DNA of 64,000 nt, taken from the NCBI RefSeq assembly GCF_009914755.1, contig NC_060941.1, one strand, 5' to 3'. A model generated the notes under the pieces. That model was not told the DNA's origin and did not search any database. It saw only the letters and a program-made list of their open reading frames with translations. Shown one piece after another: positions 32,824 to 45,549 of the stretch (positions are counted from its first letter, which is position 1; every line of letters begins with the position of its first letter). This DNA is from the human T2T-CHM13v2.0 reference genome, Homo sapiens. The translations under genes and the position numbers were made by a program.

Positions 32824-35429
32824 GTTGACTCGCCGCTTCCCCCCTTGGCCGCTTCCAGGAGCAGAAAAGCAGCAGCCAGCGCACGACAGACCATAATACT
32901 CTCCCGCTGACGTCAGTTCTCCTCCCCCTCCCGGCGCTCTCGCTCCCTCCCGCGGCCCCCCTCCCGCGCTCCTCCGCTCGGCCCCCTCCCCTCCGCCCAG
33001 TGCTTCCTCCCGCCCCACGTGTTGCTAACGACGTTGCTAAAGCCGAGCGGCCGGAGGCCTGCGCCCCCGCACGCTGATTGGACGAGCTCCGAGCCACGCC
33101 CCTCTGCCTTTCTCCCCCGCGTTGCTACGTGACCAGCGTTCCAATCGCCAGGGGGCGGAGTCCGAGGCGACTCCAGAGACCGAGCGCGCGAGTGGGAGGG
33201 GGCGCCGCCGGAAGTGACGCCAGGGGAAGGCGGGCCCGGCCGCTGTCAGTCTGCGGGGCTGGCGAGGGGGGCAGGCCGCCCTCTGTCCTCGCCGGGGCCC
33301 CCCTCCCCCGCCACCAAGTTGTCCCTCCGGCGTTCGGCGTCCCCCACAGCTCTCGCTGGGATCCCCGCGGCGATGTCAGCCCGGCTCCGCCCCTCGGCAG
33401 ACCCCGGCCCGCCGCCCCACCCCCACCGCCCAGGACTCGCGCGGTCCCCTCCCCCAGCCGCCCGCGCCGCACAATGCACAATGCACAGGTGCTGGGGCGC
33501 CGCGGGCCGCGCCCGAACCCCGAGAGCCTGCGGCGCGCCCATCGGCTGGCTTCTCCCCCGGCCCCCGCCCCCCGCCCCCGGAGCCGCACACCCGACCCCC
33601 GGTCTCCATGGCAACGTCCCCCCCCCCCCCCAAGCCGGGTCCCGCTAACAAATCAATGTGCATGTGTCTCAGGCTCCTGTCGCGCGGCCCTGCCCTCGGC
33701 CACCCTCCGGGCCCTGCGAGCCGGGCTGGCTGGAGCGCTCGTCCCCGGCTCCGAAGCCGAACACAGACCTGGTGGAGGCCGGGCTGTTCCCTCCGGAGCC
33801 CGGCTGCAGCCCAGGACCCCACAGAGGATGTCGCGCGGCTTCTTCCTGCCCCCCGACCATCCCCGACGCCCGCAGCCACCTGCCCCTGCCCTTAGCCCAA
33901 GCTGCCCGCCCCCGCCAGGCTTCGGCCCCGAACCTCGCCTTCCCCTCGCCGCCCCCTGCTCGGGGCCTGGGTGGGCTAAGGGCATCTGGGCGGAGCCGGC
34001 AGAGGATGGGGCGAGCGGCTGGGGGTGCGTCTGGCTTTCCCCGAACCCCGGCGCCCGGCCCGCGCACTTCCTGTCCACCGCTCTTCCCAACGTGAGCGGC
34101 GGACATCCTGCGAGAAACGCCAGCGCGGGAAGCTGGGGGACGTCGCCGGGTCCAGTGCGGGCTGGGCGAGAGGGTCTCACGCGCGAAGATGGCGGGCTCC
34201 TGGAAAGGGACAAGGGCCGGCCGCGACCGCCTTGCCGTGCGCACACAAGCACGTGCACCGCCGACCCTGCCGCCAGCTAGGCTACCGGTGACCCGTGGCG
34301 GGGGCGGCGCTGGGGACAGCAGCCTCACTCTGGGCCCAGCTCCCTCCCACCCTGTTCTCTTATTGCTCAAGCTCCAAATCACAACTCCCACTCCTTGGAA
34401 CCCACGATTTAGTTCAAACATCGATGATCAGCCTGACTGCAAGCAGTTTCCCTTGGCCAGAGATGGGGTGGAGAAAGAGGGGGGGAAAAGAGAGAGGCAG
34501 AGAGAGAACGATAGGAAGAGAGAGAGAAGCAGCCAAGGAGTCTGACACGGAGGGGCAGGAAGCCCAGAGCGGAAAACTGGCCTCCTGTCCAAAGTGAGGC
34601 GCGCGCAGGCGGCGGCAGCCGCGAGGTCCTCGACCCGCCGGGCAAGCGGGGCGCTTCGCCCATCTTCCCTCCCAGTCGTGCCCCAGCCTCTGGAAACACG
34701 GGTTTCAGGTTTTGGCCTTGTTCCTAAACTTCACAAGGTGGCCGCTTGTCGAACAGTCCCATCTCTCCGGCCGTTCTGTCTGAACGAACAGCGCGTCGAG
34801 GACGCTCAGATCTCCCAGTGACCCTCGCGGGCCGCCCGTGGGAGGCCGCCGACGGCCGCGTCCTTAATCATAAAAAGTCATTCCCGGTAACAAATAGTTT
34901 CGTCGGCCGGTGCCAGCGATACAGCTGTTTCTGTTTAAGCTTAAATACTTTCCAACAGTTTGGGCAGTAAAAATAAAGTCGGCCTCAGCCGCCTGTAAGT
35001 GTCTGGTTTCCCCGCCCAGAGAAAGCCCACCCTCCGCCCTGGGCCCGGGTCCCTCTGCCTGTCCCGCCCGCCTCCTCTTGGAATCCGCTGCCCGCCAAGG
35101 ACAACAGCGCCCCAGCCCCGCACCGGCCGCCTCAGCCCCTCGAGCTGGCTCCAGGGCCACTGTGGAAGTGGGAGGGAGGGGGCCTTCCCAGAGTGGGCCG
35201 GGGGGACCTGACCCGCCTGGCCTCGCGCCCTACCCCCACCCCTGGCAAGCTCTCCCGCACCCGCGAAGAGCGGTGATTTTCCTTCAGATAGGGTTTCTGG
35301 AACCCGCTTCCCGGAGTTGTGCTTGCCCTTGATGCCTTTACTGACCATGGGGTTTGCGCTAGGCGTGCAGAGGGCGATGGTTTCAGTTTCTCCCCAAAAA
35401 AGATAGCTGTAGTCGTTCCTCCATGCGTT

Positions 35430-35530
35430 CTTTCCATTTTCCTTCCTTCCTTCCTTCTTCCTCCCTTCCTTCCTCCCATCCTTCCTTCCTTCCGTCTCCC
35501 TCTCTTTCTGCCCCATTCTCCCTTCTTTGC
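35430..35530. repeat. (CTTC)n-like polypyrimidine tract
   Basis: Directly visible. Confidence 0.8.
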
Positions 35531-36599
35531 CTAAATACCTCTGAAACTTGAAGAAATGGAACCCCTGATGCTGGCAGGTGCGGCCCCCTCCTCTGGATAG
35601 GGTCTTAGGTAATTATCTTAGCTTCCCCACCCAATTTTCCACCTGTCTTTGTGCCTGATGGCGATTATTTCGGAAATGCTTGCTCTAAACAAAACTATCG
35701 CTTGCGAAAAGTCTGAGTTTGCAAACGTCGGGGAATCCTGCAAAGCTTGTGGCAAAGGTGGAACTCGATTCAGAAGGAAGGAAGAGGTATAGAATGATCT
35801 GAGGGCAGGGAGCCTGGCTCTTGTCAGTAGCAGACGCGCTCAGTCCCGCCAAGGAAGGCAATCCCCAACGGGGCAGAGTGTGTCTCATCCCTGCCTGGCG
35901 CAACCCCTGCCCCCCAACCCGTGAGAGAGCAGCGTTGCAGGGGGTGTGAAAACAGGTCACCGGGCAACCTCATTCCTCGACAGTTTGGAGACAAAGCGGG
36001 AGGTGGCGGTCTGAGAAATGGGAGCCCACCTCCCGGGCTCTGGCTGGGTGGGCGCGGGAGGAAGCCCTGTGTTCCGGGAGAGGGTGCTAGCATGCGTGGG
36101 CGTGGAGGGGGAGGAGGTTTGCAGTCATTCCAGCCGGGTCAGATCCAGACCGAGAGGACAGGTCAGCTGGTGGCATGGTCTTAGGAACCCACAGAAAGAG
36201 GATCCTTGCTCCCCACCTTTCTTATCAACCCCCTTCCCCAACCGACTCAATTCTCGCCACCTCCCTTTTCTCCATACAACCGCTTTCCTGTTTCAAAGTT
36301 AGATAATTGCCTTTCCCACCTACACGTCCCAGGAGCAAACAAAACAAAGTTGTAAAAGACAAGACACGCTACTCTTAATCCCATTGCTCGGCGGTCCGCT
36401 GCTCAGGCTGCGGCTGCCAGGTTGGCGTGCGCCGCCTCTGCAGTAAATAAGGTAACTGCTTCCTATTACTTTAGCCCCATATGGCTGCAATTTGAGTGTC
36501 TTTAGAGACGGTGCGTGTGTTGGGGCGGGGGATGGGGGGAGTGAAAGTGGAAATCAAATGCTCTCAGATCGCATTTTTATGAAGGAAATTGTCGGCGAT

Positions 36600-39500
36600 T
36601 CTCTTAACAGCCACCCCCTCTCCTGAGATGAGCTGCCCCGTTTCTTTGTTTACGGAAATGCGGGCGCCCGCCCTCCTAGGGACACCTGCTTCCCAAACCC
36701 CTAGGTCTCCGGCCCTGTTCCGCACTCTTCTGGCGACCTGGGCGCACGGCCCGCGACTGCCCTTCCCGACAAAGGGTCTGCGACCTGCTCCCGGGAGCCC
36801 GCCCTACCCTTGGCCCCAGCCTCTAAAAGGTGCCAGGACTCTGCCCTCGATGCTGCAGCCTCCTGAGAGCCCGGAGTTTGGGGGCCCTCTTAGGCCTCCC
36901 TGGGCCCGCGGACCACGGACTCGTCCTCCGGGAGGGAGGGTGGAGGCTGGAGCACTCCAAGGAGAGGGGCGGACGGGCCCCAGCGGGGCGCTGGGCTCCT
37001 GGGTCTTGGGCCAGGCCGGCAAGCCCTAGCGCGTCCTCTAGCTTGAGGATGAGGCCGGCCCGGTTCTTTGGGAGCGTTTCAACTTCGCGGCTTGGCGGGC
37101 GTCGGACCTGCCCGGTCTTGGCCGCGGACGCGGGCAGATTTGGAAGCCAACCGTTTGCCTCGGGCGGGCCGGCAGTGAAATGAGCGCGGGCGGCTCCGAG
37201 GCGTGGCCTTGTGGCCAGTGGCTTACCTCCCGCGGTCCCGGAGCCGGGCGGGCGTCCCGCAGCGCTGCTTCCTAGACGCCGAGCTAGGGCTGGGCGCCTG
37301 CCGCCTGCTGCGGGAATGCCGCAGGGTGACCCGACATTCTGGAAACTGGTCCCAAGGCCCAGCCTGGGTGACTGGAAGTGAGGTTGTCCAGGTTTCTGGC
37401 CTTGGTTCCCGCCGCTAGTTGTTCCCAAGAGCAAGAAGCTCCCACCTTTCCTGTCCCACTTTCTCCTCCCTAGGAGACATCCACACATCCTCCTTGTTAG
37501 AGAAGCACTGGAACAGGCTGCAAAGGATAAGAAGGGGCTGCCCACTCTACAGGAATCTCCCACAAGGCTGCACACATTCTAGAAGCCACATTTCTGCCTT
37601 AAACCCCGGAAACTGAAATCAGGCCCCCTTTCTTCCCCTCCACAGGAAGAAAATATCCCCTCAGAGTTAAGCAACATCTATTGCTTAACTAGTTGCCCTA
37701 TATCTAGGGCCTGCGTTATCCCAGTTAACATTCACAACAGCCAGGTAACATCAGTTCCCTTACCCCCATTTTCTAGATGAGGAAAGCGAGGCACCGCGGG
37801 GCCAAGTCACTTGCTCAGGGGCACGCAGCAGGGGTTCTGCCTGAGAAGCCGTAAGCTCACGTCCCTAAAGCTCCGCAGCAGGGGCTTTGGATCCTTGTGA
37901 ATTTCAGCTCCTCCAAGGCTTGAGGAAAGAATTCAAGAAAGGTCCAGTGGAGCCTCGTGGAAGCGCAGAGCAGTGCTCCAGCAGGAGGACCCTCAGAGCC
38001 CTCGGCAACAAGGATGAGACTGGAACAATAGAGACAGGAGGGAGTTCTAGGGGCCGATTTAAGTCAACTGGAAGCTGGATGTTGGTGGGCGTTTTCGCTT
38101 TTTTTTTTTTTTAATGCTAGAGCACAGTGGCTAAAAAAGGTGGGCTCTGGGGCCAGCCTGCCTGGGTTCCAATGCACTTGCTGGCTGTGTGCCCTTGTGC
38201 AAGTTACTTAACCTCTCTGTGTTTCAGCTTCCATAACTATAAGAAAAGGAATATTAGCACGTTTTCCCAACAGAGCCCATGGGGGGTTCAATGAGATATG
38301 GAAGCACCCCCACACTGTCAGGCACAGGCAAATGCTCAATAAATGTTCATTATTAGTTACTGTTGTTGCTGTTATTGGTGTTCTGAGACCAGAACAAACT
38401 CATAGGACCTAGTGATTCTGTTCTGACTTTCCCCAGGAACTCCAGTATCAGCCTCGGCTGTCCCTTCTTCTCCATGAGGGGCAAGCCCAGAGAGGGTGCT
38501 CAGCACACACCCATCCTTCCCTGGGAAACGGACCGTATGCTGCTTAGAGGCAGTTTTGATTCATTCCTTGGGCATCTGGACCGGTTGGGCCACGTGGGCT
38601 CGCTGGGAAAACGCGCCGGCGTCCCCTCGGAGCGCCGAGGCCGGGCGAGCTGAGGGTGCGGTGCCGCTGGAGCACGCGCACAGCGCCCGAACCAGCACGC
38701 ATGCGCGCCGCGGGCCGGCCCCATTTCCGCCCCCCCCCACGCGCCCCCCCATCACACGCACACCCAATCCCCGGACTGCTCGCTGGTGCTGCTTGTGAGA
38801 CCCATTCCTAGGAGCCCCAGGCGCCCTTGGGGAGCAGAAAGAGGCGGTCCAGAGTTGGGCCGGACAACCGCAACCTGGAAGGAGTCCGGGAGTCCTTGGG
38901 TCTGGGCGCTCAGTTCTCACGGTCTGGGGAGAAGGGGCTCAGACGGGACGGACTAGGCACAGCCAGGGGCGGGGACTGCGAGAGGCGAGGGGAGGCCGGC
39001 AGGGTGTGGCGGCAGAGCAGCCCGGGACAAGTGAGCGGCCTAGAGATCAAGGCCTTGGAGTCCCGTCCGAGAGCAGGACGTTATCAGAAACCTCCAGCCC
39101 CAACCCCTGCCTGGAGATGCCCGGGGCGCGCTGACTCTGTTCTCGCATCAACCCGGGCCCTGGCTCAACGCGTGAGCAGCCTGTGGTTCCAGATACCCCG
39201 AGTGGAGAGTTTGACCCCAGATTCTGCCTGCACTGACAGGCTTGGCCTGGCGGTTACGAGCCACGGTTGATGAGCGCCCCTCCTCCCGTGACCCAGCTCA
39301 TGAGAAAGGCGGGGAGCACCAACCCTCCCACGGGAAAACACGGGGAGAGGCTGGGCGAGTCAAGGAATGGTGGCACCAGAGCCTGGGCGCAGAGAGGCAG
39401 CTGGACCTCCTGGGCTCCCTTGAGCCGGAGCTCCGCCAGGGTGGGCACTTCTGCCTCCAGCGATGCTGGGTGCCACAGTCCTCCCGCCTCCTCCTGGACC

Positions 39501-40500
39501 ACACGCGGCTCTCCAGAGTCCCAGGGAAGCTCCAGGGACTCCTCGGACTCCGCCTGGCGCTTCCCGTTTTTTCATTTCCTACCCCACCCCCATGCAGAAG
39601 GAATTGAAGTGACTTTTTTGCTGGGACGTCGGGACCTCAAGTCAGTTCCAAAGTGGGAGTCTCTCAGCCGGTGCCGTTCCCTTGCGAGATTGTTAACGCC
39701 AAGAGCCACAGTCCAGCTTCCCCTTTTAGAGATCAGAAAATCCTAAGTGCAGGGCCTGCCGGGTCATTCGAGAAGGCACAAGCTGCGGAGGCCAGTCTGG
39801 GGCCTCTCGCAGAACCTCGGGGAACAGAGGCGTCTGCCGGGCCGCCTACCCTCCGCAAGAGTGGGCCACGCGGGCGGCAAACCCGAGGGCAGACGTTTGG
39901 GAGCTGACCGAGAAAACGCGACGGTGCCGGCGAGGTTCTGGGCGAAGCCTCGGCGTCCTCCACTGTGGTCGACGCCTTTCCTCGCAGCCCCGGTACAGGG
40001 CTTCCTCGGTGCACCCCTAGCCGTTGCCCCGGGAGGAGGCGCCGTCTGGGACACGAAGGGGCTCGGCTGGCGTCGAGGCTCCGCGGCCAGAGCGCGGCGG
40101 CTCCGCGCACGCCCAGAAGCCGTGTTGCCGGTTCCGGGGCTGCCGGAAAGCGTGGGGCCAAGCTGCTGCTCTGTGCCCGCGCAAGCGCCTCGCTACCCGG
40201 GCGGGACCTTGCTCTCTCCGGCCGCCCTGGGCCGAGGGGTGGCTCAGCATCGCGGGGGCGGACGCAGACGGCCACTCGGCCGGGACACCGTCGGCCCGGG
40301 AGCCGTGATGCCTTTTCTCTCTGCAGCTGAAGCCTCCGATCGGTTTCCCCGCCCTTCTGTAGGAAATCAAATTCAGGGAACATGGTACCGTATTTACCCG
40401 CACAACTTCCTCCCTTGACATTTTGCACTCTCGAAGTTGGGGCAGAAGTAATTATGCAAACATCTGGGGCTGTCCCGCGCCGCTACCGGCACCGTCTTAT
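36600..40500. promoter_or_regulatory. CpG islands upstream of CBX8 (~36600-37420 and ~38580-40500)
   Basis: CpG-dense blocks separated by MIR-containing sequence. Confidence 0.7.
37660..38375. mobile_element. Two MIR SINE remnants (~37660-37830, ~38120-38375)
   Basis: cccattttctagatgaggaaa...aagtcacttgctcagg; tgtgcccttgtgcaagttacttaacctctctgtgtttcag...tgctcaataaatgtt. Confidence 0.65.
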
Positions 40501-41876
40501 TCATCCTGAGAGCCGCACTCCCTCATTTGCATAATAATGGCTTATCTAGAATAACACAGCAATCAGAGGCAAAATTAATTTTCTTCAGCTAGTCCTTGAG
40601 ATCCTAAAAACAGAGGAGGCTTATGGCAAGAAAAGCCGGTTTAGCAGAGGGTGTAGGGTTCCTGACCAGGACCAAGGAGAGAGAAAGTTTAAAGCAGTGG
40701 AAATGTGATGTTCACGCTGAGTTTCTGTATTTTTCTAGTTTCAACCTCAGAGCTTACTTTTTGGCCAAACGGATGAAGGGGTAAGCCACCGTGGAAGTCC
40801 CAGCAGATACCCCCACCATCGCCCCATCCATCCTGGGAGGTTCGGTGGCCCTCGAGGCAGAGACATGGACTGTGGCTGGGGTATTGGGGGCAGATGTTCA
40901 ATGTGTTGGGGTGTGGAGAGGGTAGATTGGCAGCCTACTGAGGATTAAAGGGGTGTCCTGCAAACCAGCTCCGGGGTCTGGGTCCGGACCTTCCAGGGAC
41001 TCAGTTCCGCACCCTTTGAACAGATCAAGACAGAGCACTTCCTTGCTCTGGGATGGTCGCCTCAGCCACCGAGACAGCAGAAGTCGTTGAATTCAAAGCA
41101 GAATAAAGGGGTGCGTGGGTGGCGGTGGGGTGCCTTAAGTGGAGGAAACATCTTTTATACATTAAAAAATCTTCTTGATCTTTTTTAATACGCAGAGGAG
41201 TGGGAGGAGAAAATCCACAAATAAATATGGTAAATGAATTTGGACCAGAATTGTAATTGCAGGGCCACTTTCAGGGCAATTCCGGGCTCCAGACAATTTT
41301 TGCAGTAAAACGTGTTTCCTCCGAGGGCACCATTCTCACTTTTGCAGTCACAGAGCAGAGAGTGAGAGGAGCTCAAAAGGGCTCTGCAGCACCTCCCGTC
41401 ACCCCTCTACGGACAAGAACGTCCTCTCTCTTGGAAAAGATGCAGGTTTTACGTTTAATGAGAAGGTGCCCACAGTTCAGGCTTGCAACTAAGAAGTTTG
41501 GTATCAGTCTTAAGTTCTTTTTTAAAATGAGCTTTTAAATAGTTCAGGGTTACAGGAGGAAGCCTAGGAAGGAATTGCTGTGAGTAGAGCAACCTGTGGG
41601 TGAGATGGGTAGGGGGAGGAAAAATGGGTGGAAGATCTCAGTGACACCTTCAGATGCTGTATTGGTGGGAAGGGAGGAGGGTGCCAAGGGACTGTAGGGC
41701 CTGGAAAAGGGAGTGTCTCTGGAGAGCCGGGCTGCTGGGTTGGGAGGGATAGGCCTCATTTTATCTCCTTCCTCTTCCCTTTGCGGTCATTCCCACTGCC
41801 CTTTTGAGGCAGTCTCTAACTTTTTTACACCACCCCGACGGTGCAGCCTGACTTTAGAGGTATCATCTCCTTTCCA

Positions 41877-41903
41877 ATGTGTGTGTGTTCGTGTGTGTGT
41901 GTG

Positions 41904-41965
<62 letters not shown>

Positions 41966-41976
41966 CGAGAGAGAGA
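41877..41976. repeat. Compound (GT)n(GA)n microsatellite
   Basis: Directly visible. Confidence 0.95.
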
Positions 41977-43099
41977 TCAAAGTTTCCCTAGGGGAAGGGG
42001 GCGCTCTGGGGGAGGGGCGCCCCAGGATACCCGAAGACTCCAGCTGTCCCCAGGTATTTTCCCAGCCAAAAACCTCAGGGGGAGTTGGGATTCCAGGCCT
42101 TCCATTCAGTCCCAGGTTTCTCCCTCAGTTTCTCCCTTTTGGAGAGTAGGGAGGACCTGGGATGAATAGAAGAGGAAGTGGCCAGCAGGGAGGCCTGCAG
42201 GGGTTACCAATTCTTCTGTTCCCTGAAACCTTTTCTTAGGTCTGCAAGACAGGATCTCTGGCGGACCTCATTCTCCAGCCTGCTCCAGGCATTATACGAG
42301 CTCTGGGATGGGGGTGGGCAGTCCCTTGGGGAACTGTCCTCTCTACCCCACCCCCACTCTGTCCCAAGCTGAGGGGAGGGGTTGGACCTCTCCTCTTGAG
42401 GGGGGCGCCATTCAGCCTGGAAGGGCCTGAGCAATGGGAAGGGTGTCCACTGGATAGGGGTGCAGGACACTGGGCTTCAGCCTTGGAGTGGTCTTACAGC
42501 TCCCCAGTGAGGGACAGCGGGGTGGGTACAGGTCCCTCTCAGGAGTCGGGAACATCTAAGAGCATATCCCCAAGTCTGACCCTCACTTTGCACAAGTCTG
42601 GTGTGCAGTGGTGTCCAGCCGAAATGAAGAAGGTGGGCACAGGTGGGCATGGGGGAGTCGAGGGTCTTCAGGAGCAGGTGGGGCCATCGCTGGCAGAGAT
42701 CACAGAGATGTCGTTCCCAGAGTGAGGGCATCGAGTGTAGGGAAAGAAAAGGGGAGAAAGACAGGAGTGGATGTTGGGGGAGATGATTTGCCACGGCAAG
42801 ACAGGGCAAGACTGAGTCACTTTCTCCCACAGCTCCTGTTGGGTCCTTCGGCACCTGCAGTCTAACCCAGGTGCCTCACCAGCTGCCTCTCTCAACACTG
42901 ACTGCCCGTCCCTTCAAATCGTGGGACTAGTGGCCAGTGGAATCTGGGGAAGTGCCTCACGTGCTTGCACCACAAGATCAGGTCTCTCTCCTGGAAATCA
43001 GTGGTCCCACCTGCAGAATGGGCCAGTTCTTTCCCATTTTGTTGCTATGACAGGCATCTGTAATGGACCCACAGGATCCCAGGAAAGCAGGACTCCATA

Positions 43100-43101
<2 letters not shown>

Positions 43102-43139
<38 letters not shown>
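43102..43139. repeat. (AC)n microsatellite
   Basis: Directly visible. Confidence 0.95.
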
Positions 43140-43143
<4 letters not shown>

Positions 43144-43569
43144 TGTTTTTCCAAGATGAGAAAGGAGTCCTAGGCTCGGTTTCTTCCGCAGCTTCTGTGG
43201 GTTCACGCATCCCCTTCCCTGGAAGGAAAGTTTCTGGGGCTGTCTACATGGCAGTTCCAAGGATGCCCTGGGAAGTGGTGTGTGAAGGGTTGCAGGGCCC
43301 TGGATTGTCACAGGGGGCAGGGCAGGGCAGAGGGTGGAGCTAGGCAGGACTGGAAGAAAGTGTGCAAGGGCAGGAAGGGGGTTGGATCTGATACCCACCA
43401 ACCACTCACCACGGCATCTGCGAGGGAGTGCTGGGAATACCTGTTTCTACAGTGGCTCAAATGGACATGATGTGTTATGGTGTTTGTATCCCATTGGTAT
43501 CTAGCCTGGCACAAGAGGGTGTACCAGAGTGCTGGGAGTGGACAGATGTAGCCACCATCCGCTGAGTGA

Positions 43570-43760
43570 GGGCTGCTCTGAGCCAGGCTTTGTGCTGGAG
43601 GTTTACGGGACTCTGCTTCTATTCCTCATCACAACCCTTAGAGGGAGGCTCCATTTAAAGATGAAGACACAGGCTCAGAGGGTTAAGTAACTTGTTAATG
43701 ACCAAGTTAAGTCACAGGACAGAGCTCAACCTAAATCTGTCACCCAGGAGTTGAGGAGCC
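43570..43760. mobile_element. MIR SINE remnant
   Basis: tcctcatcacaaccct...agatgaagacacaggctcagagggttaagtaacttg. Confidence 0.65.
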
Positions 43761-45549
43761 TAAGGGGAAGCTTCAGGGTAGCTCTTGCTGGTGTGGAACC
43801 AGGCACCTAGGGGAGCCGGGCATGGCTGTGCTGCGCTAGGGTTTGGAGCTTGGCATGAAGAGCAGCCTGTGGCAATGTCACTGGCTATGGCCAATCCCAG
43901 CCTTTGGCGGGACCAGGAGCTTAGCAGCCTGAGACCAGAGACCCACTGGCTTTTCCAGCCTCTGTCCAGCTGCTCAGGGAGTAGGACTGGCTGAGATCAA
44001 TGGTAGTCAGTTTCAAGTCCCCATGCTAGGGCTCCTGGGTTCCAGGATTGACAAGCCACATTGACACAGAAGCCCATGCCTGGGCTGCTGCTGAGATGCA
44101 CCTGCATAATGCATAAAACAGTGGATTGGGAATGAAATCCAGGCTTGCTCTGCCCCTGGCTAACTGGGTTACCTTGGACAAGTCTCTCTCTTTCTCCCTG
44201 CAAAACCAGCATTCGGAGCAGGCAGCCTTGGGGCCGCCAGTCTGGTCTCCATGTTCGACACCTCGAGATCATTCGTGTAGGCATATGAGGGTTTTCCTGA
44301 ACCTTTTGGAAATACTTGTTGACTGTTGAGTGCTGACCACTGATGCACATGCCCAGGGCAGTACACAGAACCCTGGAGTTTGTGCCTGCCCAAGAAGCTA
44401 GGGACTCCTAGTAGGAGTGGCAGATTCCTGTCCCAGATACACCGGGTACTGGCCACCATTTTCCCAATGATGCCAGGCCCAGAGCTACCAAATACCTACT
44501 AGGAGACACAGGGTGGCAAGAGGAGGACTCCAGGGGAAGGCCTGTGTGACTAGGCTACCATTCCAGGCTCAACTCTGGCGAGGAACAATCTAAGGTGTGC
44601 TCCTCCCTCCAGCCCCACACTGCTGGCAGCAAGGCTGCAGCTCAGACTAATTCCAGGTACATTCTATAGGTGGCATCATGCTACTGGAAATGGCCTCCTT
44701 GGAGAAAGAGGCTCTCTTGTCAGCATCTCCAGGCACTGGCGAGCCGAGGCAAGGTTGACACAATCACAGTCTAAACTGCGCGGAGAAGGACACCTGAGGG
44801 GCGATGGGTATGTGCTGAGGGACAGTCCTCTCCATATTAGGGGCCACTGCTCCAGGTGCATAAGCTTCTTCCGTGCCATCCACCGGTGAGGCCTTGGGGC
44901 CTGTGGGTGTCGGGGGTCTCTCCTGCCTTCTGCCACCCGTGGGAGGTAAAGGCCTCACTGTGCACCTGGTGGGGGTGCTAGGCGGGCTACCACTAGGTCT
45001 ACAACAGCATACACCTGCACCAAGTCGCCTTGCCACCAGGCTGCGTGAGAGAACTGGGTCAGTGCACCACGTGTCCTAGCCAGAGAGGCCCCTCCACACT
45101 CCCTGGACATCCTGGGGCCACTTTCACCGTCCAGACCCTTGCAGGGGCAGCTCAGACTCCTCTTCCGTGGGCAAACAGACCAGCCAGAAGTGGGGAGAGG
45201 GAAAGCAAGTGGGGCGTCCTGTTCGAGACGGACACTGAGGTCACCAGCACAGGCAGGCGTCAATCTGACCAAGGAGACCAGGATCTCAGGAGGCTTCACC
45301 CAGGACCCACCGCCCCTCTGGCAGAGAATCCCTGAGATGACTCCTTCCTTGCCCAGATCCGGCCCTGATGGCTTCAATCTTCCGAGCTGGGGGGCCTGTC
45401 CCCTATCCCCCCAGCCTCTTGCAGCCTGCCGTCAGGAGCAGGGCTGGCACAGCGACAGAGAAGAAAGGTGTGACAGCGACACCTCTCACCTCTCCCTTCC
45501 ACCACCTGGCTGGCTCCAGGCCGCCCGCGCCTCCAGGGCACAGAGCCAG

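Larger units (their letters stand above)
32550..35330 (-). promoter_or_regulatory. CBX8 promoter CpG island: CRE TGACGTCA 32908-32915, CCAAT 33077-33081, ETS-CRE CCGGAAGTGACG 33208-33219, X-box GTCTCCATGGCAAC 33602-33615
   Basis: CpG-dense region over the CBX8 start with consensus motifs read directly from the sequence. Confidence 0.88.

Noticed and set aside
33078-34421. 400-aa and 250-aa ORFs in the CBX8 promoter island
   Set aside because: GC-rich shadow ORFs open in several frames at once; no domain or splice support
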